Below, piece by piece: positions 36,631 to 46,102 of a stretch of DNA of 46,102 bases; position 1 is the first letter of the stretch, and every line of letters begins with the position of its first letter. The position numbers and the translations under genes are program-made. The notes beneath the pieces are model-generated. The model ran no database searches, was not told the DNA's origin, and was given only the letters and a program-made list of their open reading frames with translations. Origin of the DNA: Candidatus Krumholzibacteriia bacterium (lineage in GTDB: Bacteria > Krumholzibacteriota > Krumholzibacteriia > Krumholzibacteriales > Krumholzibacteriaceae); NCBI GenBank assembly GCA_025453655.1, contig JALOPX010000006.1, positions 1-46,102 of the forward strand, read 5' to 3'.

Positions 36631-37379
36631 TTGTTCTTCGACATCATCACGGCGATCATACTGGCCGTAGTCCAGGGGCTCACCGAATTTCTGCCGGTCA
36701 GCTCTTCGGGTCACCTCGCCATCGGCGCGGCGCTTCTCGGGTCGAAGGGCGCTTCGGGGGGAGGGAACCTGATTTTCGAGGTCGCCGTGCATGTGGGGAC
36801 GCTCGGCGCCGTTGCCGCGATATACAGGCGAAGGATCCGGGCTCTCTTCGAAAGCGCCCTGTCCTTCGCGTCCTCCGGTTTCAGGCCGGTCGGGAAACAC
36901 CGGGAAGGGATGTCATATATAGGCCTGATGGCGCTCGGATCGGTCCCGGCGGCGGTCGTGGGACTTTTGTTCCGCGACAGGATAGCCGCCCTTTTCGATT
37001 CGCCGGCCGTCGTCTCGATTCTCCTTGTCGGGACGGGCTTTTTCCTGCTGTCGTCCCGTGGGCGATCGGGGTCCTCCCCGATTACGCCCGGCAGGGCCCT
37101 CCTTATCGGGATGGCCCAGGCGGTGGCCATCCTGCCGGGCTGTTCGAGGAGCGGCTGGACGATAACGATGGCCCTGCTGGCGGGGATCGGCTTCGAAAAG
37201 GCCAGGCCTCGTCGGTCCTCCTTCTGCTCGTACCGGCGGCTGTCGCTTTTGCCACCGGGCTCGCGGCATTGAAACTGCTGGTGCGGATCCTCCGCGCGGG
37301 CGCTTTGCACAGGTTCGCGTGGTACCTTATCCCGGTCGGAGCCGTTTCCTGGGCATATTTCACCTTCATCGGCCGCTAG
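36631..37379 (+). pseudogene. uppP: Undecaprenyl-diphosphate phosphatase UppP/BacA disrupted by an internal out-of-frame deletion near 37203 (or assembly error)
   Basis: VQGLTEFLPVSSSGHL, HVGT and PGCSRSG in frame 1 up to GIGFEKA; the C-terminal AFATGLAALKLL...HRFAWYLIPVG is in another frame (37203-37379); the FSFLLSIPA-type helix is absent. Confidence 0.8.
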
Positions 37380-37391
37380 GGCATCGGAAGA

Positions 37392-37420
37392 TTGACCCGG
37401 CGACGGGCCTGTGATAGATT
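37392..37420 (+). promoter_or_regulatory. Sigma-70 promoter of valS operon
   Basis: TTGACC 37392-37397, 17 bp spacer, extended -10 TGA-TAGATT 37412-37420. Confidence 0.65.
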
Positions 37421-37479
37421 CAGACGCCGCGCCGAAGGTCGCCGTGACGGCGAAAGGCCGGCATATCCAAGGAGAAGAA

Positions 37480-40179
37480 ATGCTCGAAAAAGTCTACAAC
37501 CCCGCAGAGATAGACGGAAAATGGAGCGCGGCGTGGCAGAGGGAATCGATCTTCGACGCCGACGCCTCTTCGCCTCGCCCGCCGTATTCGATAGTGCTGC
37601 CCCCGCCGAACGTCACGGGACAGCTTACGGTCGGGCACGCGCTCGGCACGACCGTGCAGGATATCCTCGTGCGCTGGAAGCGGCTCAAGGGATACAACGT
37701 TCTCTGGCTGTCCGGATCCGATCACGCCGGCATAGCGACGCAGAACGTCGTGGAGCGTTACCTTGAGAAGGAGGGCCTCTCGAGAGAGTCGCTGGGGCGC
37801 GAGAAATTTCTCGAGGAGTGCTGGAAATGGAAGGATAAGTACCACGACCGGATCGTCGCGCAGCTGGGGAGGCTCGGGGCGTCGCTCGACTGGAGCAGGG
37901 AGGTCTTCACGCTCGATCCCGGAGTCTCCAGGGCCGTGCGGGAGGTCTTCGTCAGGCTCTACGAGAAGAAGCTGCTCTATCGCGGAAGTTATATCGTGAA
38001 CTGGTGCCCATCGTGCGCCACGGCGATAAGCGACGAGGAGGTCGAATTCAGGGAGGAGAATTCGAAGCTCTATCATGTCGCCTACCCGTTCGCGGACGGG
38101 AGCGGGGAGGTCGTGGTCGGGACGACGAGGCCCGAGACGATGCTCGGCGACGTGGCCGTGGCGATGAGCCCGTCGGACGACAGGGCCCCCGCGATGGAGG
38201 GAGTCGAGTTGATCCTTCCCCTGACCGGCAGGACTATCCCGGTGATCCTGGACGACGCGGTCGATCCTTCGTTCGGCACGGGATGCCTCAAGGTCACTCC
38301 GGCGCATGACGCGACGGATTTCGGCATAGGCCTGAGGCACGGGCTCGAGCCGTTCATAGTGATAGACCGGGCGGGAAGGATGAACGAGAACGCCGGGGAA
38401 TTCGCCGGCATGGGCCTGGCAGAGGCGAGGGAGGCGGTGCTCGGGCGGCTCGCCGAAGGGGGATACCTGAGGAAGACGGAGGATTATCTCCATTCGGTCG
38501 GCCATCACGACAGGTGCGGCCACGTCGTAGAGCCGGCGATTTCCAGGCAGTGGTTCCTTCGAATGGAATCGCTCGCGGCCCCGGCGCTGGAGGCCGTCAA
38601 AAGCGGGGAAGTGTCGTTCTTCCCCGAGCGCTGGGGAAACATCTACATCGACTGGATGGAGAACATAAGGGACTGGTGCGTATCGAGGCAGATCTGGTGG
38701 GGGCACAGGATACCCGTATGGTACTGCGCGGAGTGCGGGACGGAGATCGTCTCCAGGGAGGATCCGACCCTGTGCTCCAGATGCGCGAGCCCGGACATCG
38801 TCCAGGACGAGGACGTGCTCGACACCTGGTTCTCCTCGTGGCTCTGGACCTTCTCGCCCCTCGGCTGGCCCGATGAGACGAAGGACCTGAAGGTCTTCCA
38901 CCCGACCGACGTGCTGGTCACGGGGGGCGACATCATCTTCTTCTGGGTCGCCAGGATGGTGATGGCTTCGATCGAATTCATGGGCGAGAGACCCTTTTCC
39001 AGGGTCTACATTACGGGGATCGTAAGGGATTCGAAGGGGAGAAAGATGAGCAAGTCGCTCGGCAATTCCCCCGACCCGATAGATATCATGGACCGCAGCG
39101 GAGCCGACGCATTCAGGTTCACGCTGATGATGCTCTCCCCGCCCGGGCAGGACCTGATGTTCGACGAGGAGAAGGTCGAGAACGGGAGGCATTTCGCCAA
39201 CAAGGTCTGGAACGCGGCGAGATTCGTGCTGGGGCAGGAGACGGGCGGCGCCGATATCTTCGCCCCCGCGCCGGGACGTGAGGCGAAGGAATCCCCGGAG
39301 AGGCTCTTCGCCTCGGTCTACGGGAGGGTCCCCGGCTGCGAATCGGTTTTCGGATGGGAGGACAGGTGGATCGTGAGCCGCGCCGTGACGAGGATGGCCC
39401 AGTACGATAATTCGCTCGAAGGGTTCAGGTTCGACGAAGCGGTCAGGACCGTGTACGATTTCTTCTGGCACGAGTTCTGCGACTGGTACCTCGAGCTTTC
39501 GAAACCCGCTTTTCGCGAAACCGGCCCCAGGGGCGCGGGGGCTGCCGTCACCTCGAGGGCCGTGCTCGGCCTTTCCATGATCATGCTGCACCCCGTTATG
39601 CCCTTTATTTCGGAGGAGATCTGGAGTATGCTCTCACCGAACGCGCCGTTGCTTGCGGGATATTCCTGGGGCGGTCCCCCGGAGGGGCTGGACGATCCGA
39701 AACTCGACGGCGACGTCGACATGTTCAGGGAGATCGTCACGAGCATTCGAAACCTGCGGCAGAGCTTCAACATCCCCCACCAGAGGGGCGTGGAGGCGAT
39801 AATAAGCTGCGAGCGGGGAAGATCGATCCCGGAAAAACTCTCCCCTTTCAGGGCGCAGATATCCTCGCTGGCGAAGGTCGACAGGCTGGTCATCGGGGAC
39901 GACGAGCCGAAACCGGGAGGTTCCGCGGCGGCGGGCCATTCGATGATAGACATATATGTGCCCCTCGGCGGCATCGTGGACATAGAGGCGGAGAGGAAGA
40001 GGCTGTCGAAGGATCGTGACAAGCTTGCTGTGGAAGTGGAAAAGATCGGCCGCCGCCTCGCCGACGAGGGATTCACGGGCAGGGCTCCCGCCGACGTGGT
40101 CGAAAGGGAGCGGGCGAGATTCGACGAGATGAGCGACAGGAAAACGCGTATCGAAAGGATTCTGGAGGATCTCGTGTGA
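37480..40179 (+). CDS. valS: Valine--tRNA ligase
   Basis: PPPNVTG.L..GHA, DHAGIATQ, TTRPET, DWCVSRQIWWGHRIP, DVLDTWFSS, KMSKS, C-terminal coiled coil; SD AAGGAG. Confidence 0.98.
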   Translation: MLEKVYNPAEIDGKWSAAWQRESIFDADASSPRPPYSIVLPPPNVTGQLTVGHALGTTVQDILVRWKRLKGYNVLWLSGSDHAGIATQNVVERYLEKEGLSRESLGREKFLEECWKWKDKYHDRIVAQLGRLGASLDWSREVFTLDPGVSRAVREVFVRLYEKKLLYRGSYIVNWCPSCATAISDEEVEFREENSKLYHVAYPFADGSGEVVVGTTRPETMLGDVAVAMSPSDDRAPAMEGVELILPLTGRTIPVILDDAVDPSFGTGCLKVTPAHDATDFGIGLRHGLEPFIVIDRAGRMNENAGEFAGMGLAEAREAVLGRLAEGGYLRKTEDYLHSVGHHDRCGHVVEPAISRQWFLRMESLAAPALEAVKSGEVSFFPERWGNIYIDWMENIRDWCVSRQIWWGHRIPVWYCAECGTEIVSREDPTLCSRCASPDIVQDEDVLDTWFSSWLWTFSPLGWPDETKDLKVFHPTDVLVTGGDIIFFWVARMVMASIEFMGERPFSRVYITGIVRDSKGRKMSKSLGNSPDPIDIMDRSGADAFRFTLMMLSPPGQDLMFDEEKVENGRHFANKVWNAARFVLGQETGGADIFAPAPGREAKESPERLFASVYGRVPGCESVFGWEDRWIVSRAVTRMAQYDNSLEGFRFDEAVRTVYDFFWHEFCDWYLELSKPAFRETGPRGAGAAVTSRAVLGLSMIMLHPVMPFISEEIWSMLSPNAPLLAGYSWGGPPEGLDDPKLDGDVDMFREIVTSIRNLRQSFNIPHQRGVEAIISCERGRSIPEKLSPFRAQISSLAKVDRLVIGDDEPKPGGSAAAGHSMIDIYVPLGGIVDIEAERKRLSKDRDKLAVEVEKIGRRLADEGFTGRAPADVVERERARFDEMSDRKTRIERILEDLV

Positions 40180-41159
40180 GCGATTCGAACGTGACTGGCG
40201 ACGAGGGAAAATGCGGGGAGCAGCCGGCCGAAGGATCCCCCACCTCCCTCGACATAAAGGGGGAAAAGACCGTCGGCGAGATCCTTCTGGCGGCGAGGGA
40301 GGGTTCCGGGCTTTCCCTGGAGTCGGTCAGCCTGGAGACGAAGATACCGAGAAAATCGCTGGAGTACCTGGAGACGGACAACTTCGAGGCGCTTCCCTCC
40401 AGGGTCTACGTCAGGGGATTCCTGCGGACGTACGCCGGCCTTCTAGGGCTCGACGTCCAGCAGGTCCTCGGGAGGTTCGAGGCCCAGGTGGGGCAGACCC
40501 ACAAGAGCAGGGGGGATCGCTGGGAGATCGAGGAGGCCGTCGTCGAGGAGGAGCTCGAGTCTCCGAGGATCTTCAGAAGATTCGTGATGCCGTCTCTCGC
40601 GGCTCTCCTCGTCGTCGCCGCGATCGTCTGGGCCGTCTGGATGAAGACCGGCCGCGACGCCAGGCCTCCGAAGGACGAACCAACCGCCGAATCGACGGCC
40701 GCGGCGCCGGATTCCTCCGCCGGCGACGGCCTGGCCGGGGGCGCCCCGGATTCCGCGGCGATCGACGCGCAGGCAGTCGCCGATCTCCTTAACGCGCCCG
40801 GCGCGGCGGGCGGCGGGGGCGCGGTTCCCGGCGCTTCCGCTGCGATCGAACCTTCGCGGGGCCAGGCGGGCGGGAAGAAGATCAACGTCAGGCTCATCGC
40901 CAATTCCAGGGACACTACCTGGTTCGATCTCGTCGTCTACTCCACGTCGGAATCGGGGCCGCAGCGAAATTCCCACGACTTCATACTGGGACCGGACCAG
41001 GTGCGCACCTTCCAGGCGATCGACTCGATTATTTTCAGGACGGTCGGGAACGCGGGGGGGTTCTACATAGAGCGCGACGATGTCCGCCTGCCCGTCCTCG
41101 GCGAACGCCGGCAGGTGATGAGAAATGTCAGGCTGACCGGCGAGGGGGTCTTCCGTTGA
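40176..41159 (+). CDS. rodZ: RodZ-like HTH membrane protein
   Basis: VGEILLAARE..GLSLE.VS.ETKI....LE.LE...F..LP..VYVRGFLRTYA HTH, one TM helix, Ala/Gly/Pro linker, C-terminal GNAGG (DUF4115-like). Confidence 0.8.
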   Translation: MSDSNVTGDEGKCGEQPAEGSPTSLDIKGEKTVGEILLAAREGSGLSLESVSLETKIPRKSLEYLETDNFEALPSRVYVRGFLRTYAGLLGLDVQQVLGRFEAQVGQTHKSRGDRWEIEEAVVEEELESPRIFRRFVMPSLAALLVVAAIVWAVWMKTGRDARPPKDEPTAESTAAAPDSSAGDGLAGGAPDSAAIDAQAVADLLNAPGAAGGGGAVPGASAAIEPSRGQAGGKKINVRLIANSRDTTWFDLVVYSTSESGPQRNSHDFILGPDQVRTFQAIDSIIFRTVGNAGGFYIERDDVRLPVLGERRQVMRNVRLTGEGVFR

Positions 41160-41249
41160 CGCGCGGGCGCGCATCGGGGAAGACGGGCGCCGGCAGATTG
41201 GAATCACGATTTTTACCGCCTCCCGGCGGGACCGCTTCCGGTGGCGACA

Positions 41250-43253
41250 ATGTCCATATATGACATACGGTCGGATTATGAGCCGACGGGCGATCAGCCC
41301 GAGGCGATAGAGCGCCTGACGGACGGCGTCCTGTCGGGCCGGAAATGGCAGACCCTGCTCGGCGTAACCGGTTCGGGGAAGACGTTCACGATCGCCAACG
41401 TGATCGCGAGATGCGGGATGCCCGCCCTCGTCATTTCCCACAACAAGACCCTCGCCGCCCAGTTGTACGGCGAATTCAGGACCCTCTTCCCCGGGAACGC
41501 CGTAGAGTATTTCATCAGCTATTACGACTATTACCAGCCCGAGGCGTTCATTCCGTCCACGCAGACCTACATCGAGAAGGACGTCTCGATCAACGAGGAT
41601 ATAGACAGGCTGAGGCTCAAGGCCACCGGCGCCCTCATGACGCGAAGGGACGTGATCGTGGTCGCCAGCGTCTCGTGCATCTACGGCCTCGGCTCGCCGG
41701 AGGAATTCGGAAGGATGACCTTTTCGCTCGCCGAGGGCGACTCGATCCCGCGGGAGAGCCTCCTGAGGAAACTCGTCGATATCAGGTACACGAGGAACGA
41801 TTTCGATTTCTCGCGCGGGACCTTCAGGGTTCGCGGCGACACGGTCGAGATAAGGCCGGCCTACATGGAGGAGGCGGTGAGGATCGAGATGTTCGGCGAC
41901 GATGTGGAGAGGATAAACGTGGTCGATCCCGTGGGCGGCGGCGTGCTCAGGCGGGCTCCCCGGGTGACCGTCTTCCCGTCTTCCCATTTCGTCGTGTCGG
42001 ACGAGAAGATAGAGGACGCCATTGGGGCGATCGAGAAGGACCTCGCGGAAAGGGCGAAGGAGCTTCGCTCCGCCGGGCTCGAATTCGAGGCGAGGCGCCT
42101 CGAATCGAGGACGAGGTACGACCTCGAGATGATGCAGGAGATGGGCTACTGCACGGGTATCGAGAATTACTCGAGGTATTTCACAGGCAGGAACCCCGGC
42201 GAACGGCCGGCGACGCTGATCGATTATTTCGGAGACGACTTCCTCGTCGTGATAGACGAATCCCACGTGACGGTCCCCCAGATAAGGGCGATGTACAACG
42301 GGGACAGGAACAGGAAACAGACGCTCGTGGAACACGGGTTCAGGCTCCCTTCGGCCCTGGACAACAGGCCCCTGAAGTTCGACGAGTTCGAGAAGGTCAT
42401 AAAAAAGGCGATATTCGTTTCGGCCACCCCCTCCGAGTACGAGCTGGAGAGATGCGGGGGAGAGGTGGTCGAGCAGCTCGTACGCCCCACCGGCCTGATC
42501 GATCCGGAGATCGTGGTCAGGCCGGTGAAGGGGCAGGTGGACGACCTTCTCGGGGAGATAAGGGACCGGGCTTCCAGGAAACAGAGGGTCCTCGTCACGA
42601 CCCTGACCAAGAAGATGTCCGAGGACCTCACCGATTACCTGTCGAAGCTGGGTGTGAAGGTCAAGTACCTTCACAGCGACATTGACGCGCTCGACAGGGT
42701 GGAGATACTGAGAGACCTGAGGTACGGAGAGTTCGACGTTCTCGTCGGGATCAACCTTCTGAGGGAAGGCCTCGATCTCCCGGAAGTGACTCTCGTGGCG
42801 GTTCTGGACGCGGACAAGGAGGGATTCCTGCGTTCGCGCACCTCCCTTATACAGACGGCCGGGAGGGCGGCGAGGAACATCGAGGGCAGGGTCATATTCT
42901 ATGCGGACAAGATAACCGATTCGATGCAGAGGGCCCTTTCGGAGACGGGCAGGCGCAGGGAGAAACAGATCGAATACAACGCGAGGCACGGCATTACGCC
43001 GAGATCGATCAGCAAGTCGATCGACGACGTGAGGATTTCGACCTCGGTCGCGGACGCCCGGAGCGCCGCGCCCGCGAAGGGCGCCTTCGAGGTGCTAGTG
43101 CCCGAGGACCCGTACGACCCGCGTCTGATCGGGAAGCTCGAGGAGGAGATGAGGAAGGAGGCTGCGGCGCTGCGTTTCGAGAACGCCGCCAGCATAAGGG
43201 ACAGGATAGAGGAGATAAGGATGAATATGCGCGGGAGGAAAAACCGTGAATGA
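41250..43253 (+). CDS. uvrB: Excinuclease ABC subunit UvrB
   Basis: [24 protein letters not shown] beta-hairpin, [25 protein letters not shown]-terminal UVR domain; alternative start GTG 41241. Confidence 0.99.
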   Translation: MSIYDIRSDYEPTGDQPEAIERLTDGVLSGRKWQTLLGVTGSGKTFTIANVIARCGMPALVISHNKTLAAQLYGEFRTLFPGNAVEYFISYYDYYQPEAFIPSTQTYIEKDVSINEDIDRLRLKATGALMTRRDVIVVASVSCIYGLGSPEEFGRMTFSLAEGDSIPRESLLRKLVDIRYTRNDFDFSRGTFRVRGDTVEIRPAYMEEAVRIEMFGDDVERINVVDPVGGGVLRRAPRVTVFPSSHFVVSDEKIEDAIGAIEKDLAERAKELRSAGLEFEARRLESRTRYDLEMMQEMGYCTGIENYSRYFTGRNPGERPATLIDYFGDDFLVVIDESHVTVPQIRAMYNGDRNRKQTLVEHGFRLPSALDNRPLKFDEFEKVIKKAIFVSATPSEYELERCGGEVVEQLVRPTGLIDPEIVVRPVKGQVDDLLGEIRDRASRKQRVLVTTLTKKMSEDLTDYLSKLGVKVKYLHSDIDALDRVEILRDLRYGEFDVLVGINLLREGLDLPEVTLVAVLDADKEGFLRSRTSLIQTAGRAARNIEGRVIFYADKITDSMQRALSETGRRREKQIEYNARHGITPRSISKSIDDVRISTSVADARSAAPAKGAFEVLVPEDPYDPRLIGKLEEEMRKEAAALRFENAASIRDRIEEIRMNMRGRKNRE

Positions 43254-44097
43254 CAGGGCCGCCGGAATTGATGAGATCGTGGCGAGGGCGCTGGCCGAGG
43301 ATCGCGCCGCGGAGGACGTGACGACGGCCCTTCTCGTCGATCGCGCCCTCGGGGGCGAAGCCTCGATCGTGGCGAGGGCGCCGGGCGTGATATCGGGTCA
43401 GGAATGCGCGGCGGCGGCGTTCAGGCTGGCGGGCGCGCCGGATTACACGGCTCTCGTTCCGGACGGGGGAAGGGTGCGCGCGGGGGACACGGTCGCCGCC
43501 GTAGCGGGGCCGCTCGCCGCGATACTGTCGGGCGAAAGGACCGCCCTTAATTTTCTCGGCCACCTTTCGGGCGTCGCGACCGCCACCGATTCGCTCGTCT
43601 CCAGGATCGGCGACGGGAGGACGAGGATACTCGACACAAGGAAGACGACTCCCGGTTTGCGCCTGCTCGAAAAGAAAGCGGTCAGGGACGGGGGAGGCAT
43701 GAACCACAGGCACGATCTCGCCTCGTACATACTCGTCAAGGAGAATCATATCGCAGCCGCGGGAGGGATCGGGAAGGTCTCGGCCGTCCTGGGGAGAAGA
43801 ATCGCCCTGTCCGAGGTGGAAGTCACGAGTCTCGAGGAACTGCGCCTTCTTGAAAGCGCCCCGCCGGGAAGGATAATGCTCGATAATTTCCCCCCGGCGA
43901 TGGTCGCCGAGGCTGTTGGCGAGATCCGCCGCTGGACGCCGCCCCGTCCCGCCGTCGAGGTCTCCGGCGGGATAAACGCGGGGAACGTGGCCGAATACGC
44001 GATGCCGGGCGTCGATTTCATATCGTCGGGCTCCATCACCTCGTCGGCGGCGAGCCTCGATCTGAGCCTTCTCGTGGGGAAGGGGGCGAAGCGATGA
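43246..44097 (+). CDS. nadC: Nicotinate-nucleotide pyrophosphorylase (QAPRTase)
   Basis: ALAED...[36 protein letters not shown]. Confidence 0.96.
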   Translation: MNDRAAGIDEIVARALAEDRAAEDVTTALLVDRALGGEASIVARAPGVISGQECAAAAFRLAGAPDYTALVPDGGRVRAGDTVAAVAGPLAAILSGERTALNFLGHLSGVATATDSLVSRIGDGRTRILDTRKTTPGLRLLEKKAVRDGGGMNHRHDLASYILVKENHIAAAGGIGKVSAVLGRRIALSEVEVTSLEELRLLESAPPGRIMLDNFPPAMVAEAVGEIRRWTPPRPAVEVSGGINAGNVAEYAMPGVDFISSGSITSSAASLDLSLLVGKGAKR

Positions 44098-44903
44098 TCG
44101 AAGCGGGGGACGCCGGGACGGAAAGGCTGCCCGCGGACCTTCATCCCGCGAGGATACTCGGGATGCTCGATACGGCGAGGTTCGGCAGGACGATCATCCT
44201 GTTCGACTCGGCCGGATCAACGAATACTGAGGCTGCCGCCGCTGCGGACGCGTACGAGGAAGGCACGGTGATAATCGCCGCCGAACAGGTCGCGGGCAGG
44301 GGAAGGAAGGGAAGATCATGGTTCACGGGATCGGGGGGCGGCCTGGCCTTTTCGCTGATCGTGAAACCCCGCGGGATTTCCGGAAGCCTCACCTCCCTTC
44401 TGGCGATCAGCGCGGCTGCGGCCCTGGAGGGCGAATATCCGGGAATCGAGGTCGGGATAAAGTGGCCGAACGACCTTTATATCGGCCCCGGGAAGGTGGC
44501 GGGAATACTCGCCGAGACGAGGGGCGGCAGCGTCATACTCGGGATGGGGCTCAACGTGAACGATGAGCCCGGAGCCTTCCCTCCTGAAATCGCCGATGCG
44601 GCGGTCTCCCTCAGGATGGCCGGCGCAGTGGCGCGGGACCGCGGGGAAATCCTCGCGGCGATCATACGCAGCTTCGAGGATCTCTACTTGAGGTGGGAGG
44701 GAGGCGAGCCGGATCTTTTGAGATCCCGGCTAGAAAGCCGCCTCTTGTGGAAGGGCGAAAGGGTCTCGATCGAAAATGGGGTGGAGACGGTCTCCGGGGT
44801 CGTCGAGGGGGTTACGGCGGAAGGGTACCTGAGGCTCTCGACGGACGGGGGCCCGAGGACCTTCCACGCCGGCGACCTTTCGCTTCGCAGGGAGGAGAGA
44901 TGA
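44094..44903 (+). CDS. birA: Biotin--[acetyl-CoA-carboxylase] ligase, lacking N-terminal HTH
   Basis: STN, AEQVAGRGRKGRSW, IKWPNDL, KVAGIL, GMGLNV. Confidence 0.95.
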   Translation: MIEAGDAGTERLPADLHPARILGMLDTARFGRTIILFDSAGSTNTEAAAAADAYEEGTVIIAAEQVAGRGRKGRSWFTGSGGGLAFSLIVKPRGISGSLTSLLAISAAAALEGEYPGIEVGIKWPNDLYIGPGKVAGILAETRGGSVILGMGLNVNDEPGAFPPEIADAAVSLRMAGAVARDRGEILAAIIRSFEDLYLRWEGGEPDLLRSRLESRLLWKGERVSIENGVETVSGVVEGVTAEGYLRLSTDGGPRTFHAGDLSLRREER

Positions 44904-45685
44904 ACGGAATACTGCTGCTCGACAGGGGGAACCACAGCCTCAAGGCCGCCCTCTCGGTGTCGGGCCGTATCGTCAGGAGATGGAGAATCGAGGCCGCCCC
45001 CGCTATCGAGGGCCCGGAACGCGGGGCCCCCGGGAGCGCCGCCGAAGAGCTCCTGAGACAGATCATCGACGCAGGCCGCCCCTCTGCCGCCGCCGTTTCG
45101 AGCGTGGTTCCCGGATGGGCCGGTAGGATGGAGCGATACCTGGCGGACCTCGGGGTGACCGACGTGGTGATCGCCGGATCGAAGGCGAGGCTCCCCTTTC
45201 CCCTCCTCGTCGAGGAGCCGGGCAGGGTGGGGGCGGACAGGATCTCGGCGGCCTGCGGAGCCGTCGCCTCCGGGATGCCGGAGGCCCTGATCATAGACGC
45301 CGGAACCGCCGTCACGGTCGATGTTCTCTCGGCGGAAGGCTTCGAAGGCGGATCGATCTTTCCCGGCGCCGGGCTCCTTGCAACGGCCCTCAGCCGGGGG
45401 ACCGCGGCCCTCCCCCATGTCGGCCTGGAGAAGCGGTCCGGCCTTCCTCCGGCCCGTTCGACGGAAGGCGCGATGGAGGCGGGGATCTTCTGGGGGCTCG
45501 TCGGCGCGGTGAACGAAATCGCCGCGCGCTCGCGCGAAGGGTCCGCGCGGGACCTTCCCGTGGCGCTGACGGGAGGCTCGGCTCCCCTGATCTCGGGATA
45601 TATTGAAGGAAATGTGACCGTGATCCCCGACCTGGTGCTTCTCGGGCTGCAGCTTCTTTACGGCCTGAACAGAGATGGCGATTGA
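44900..45685 (+). CDS. coaX: Type III pantothenate kinase
   Basis: LLLDRGNHSLK, SSVVP, VGADR, IDAGTAVTVD, GGSIFPG, LTGG; follows birA with ATGA overlap. Confidence 0.93.
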   Translation: MNGILLLDRGNHSLKAALSVSGRIVRRWRIEAAPAIEGPERGAPGSAAEELLRQIIDAGRPSAAAVSSVVPGWAGRMERYLADLGVTDVVIAGSKARLPFPLLVEEPGRVGADRISAACGAVASGMPEALIIDAGTAVTVDVLSAEGFEGGSIFPGAGLLATALSRGTAALPHVGLEKRSGLPPARSTEGAMEAGIFWGLVGAVNEIAARSREGSARDLPVALTGGSAPLISGYIEGNVTVIPDLVLLGLQLLYGLNRDGD

Positions 45686-45790
45686 AGCGATGAAAAGGGT
45701 CGCCGGTCGAACGGAATCCCCGGGGCCCCCGCCCCGGGACAGGTGCCCCCCTGCAGGATTTAAAAAAATCGGGAAAGTTGATTTTTCCTC

Positions 45791-45819
45791 TTGAAATTTT
45801 TCGCCCGCGCGGATATATT
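45791..45819 (+). promoter_or_regulatory. Sigma-70 promoter of groES(L)
   Basis: TTGAAA-17 bp-TATATT immediately upstream of CIRCE. Confidence 0.8.
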
Positions 45820-45824
45820 CACAT

Positions 45825-45851
45825 TTGGCACTCCCATGTAGAGAGTGCTAA
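45825..45851 (+). promoter_or_regulatory. CIRCE element (HrcA operator)
   Basis: TTGGCACTC-N9-GAGTGCTAA, one mismatch to consensus TTAGCACTC-N9-GAGTGCTAA, upstream of groES. Confidence 0.93.
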
Positions 45852-45904
45852 CTCTTTGTAATAATTAAAATAACGGTCACTAACAGTTGGAAAAGGGGGT
45901 CGAC

Positions 45905-46102
45905 ATGAAGATTACGCCTCTCGCTGACAGGGTCCTCGTGAAACCGATGGACCAGGCCGAAGTGAAGAAGGGCGGGATTATCATCCCGGATACCGCGAAG
46001 GAAAAGCCCCAGGAGGGCGAGGTCATCGCGGTCGGCAAAGGGCGCGTCAACGAAACCACCGGGGAGCGGATCGCTCTCGAGGTGAAGAAGGGCGACAAGG
46101 TG
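45905..46102 (+). CDS. groES: Co-chaperonin GroES (3' truncated by window edge)
   Basis: Translated by eye: [14 protein letters not shown]...[25 protein letters not shown]...EVKKGDKV; absent from the ORF track because no stop lies in the window. Confidence 0.97.
   Translation, partial: MKITPLADRVLVKPMDQAEVKKGGIIIPDTAKEKPQEGEVIAVGKGRVNETTGERIALEVKKGDKV

Noticed and set aside
45715-45765. GC-rich inverted repeat after coaX as an intrinsic terminator
   Set aside because: CCCGGGG/CCCCGGG stem is plausible but has no adjacent U-tract; insufficient support
1-46102. CRISPR arrays, tRNA/rRNA genes, transposases, integrases, prophage or defence genes
   Set aside because: No regularly spaced repeats, cloverleaf motifs or mobile-element protein signatures were seen by eye

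Overview
High-GC window from a diderm bacterium. Lineage is inference only: the gene content would fit an FCB-adjacent candidate phylum such as Krumholzibacteriota, Latescibacterota or Eisenbacteria. From left to right: (1) the end of a surface-glycan locus (flippase-like, GT4, GT-C-like membrane protein, SAM methyltransferase); (2) a division/cell-wall (dcw) operon mraZ-[STAS]-rsmH-ftsL-ftsI-murE-murF-mraY-murD-ftsW-murG-murC-ftsQ-ftsA-ftsZ, extended by a TPR protein and a radical SAM enzyme, with MraZ boxes over its promoter and no murB or ddl; (3) rpmB/recG; (4) an accessory signalling region of about 7 kb containing an HD protein, a zinc-ribbon protein with a RomX-like C-terminus, a pseudo-receiver/RsbW-like kinase, small hypotheticals, an MglA-family GTPase with a long acidic tail and no adjacent mglB, a single-domain receiver and a TPR protein; (5) wzi-like, DGGGP-synthase-like UbiA, a disrupted uppP, valS, rodZ-like, uvrB, nadC, birA, coaX and the start of CIRCE-controlled groES. 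The best candidate for an undescribed system is a putative MglA/RomX-like polarity or signalling module. Its GTPase gene is preceded by a sigma-54-type promoter and a structured leader of about 125 nt. Also notable are the non-phosphorylatable STAS gene inside the dcw operon and a probable ATC start codon for murF. All family assignments are by-eye motif recognition; no searches were run.
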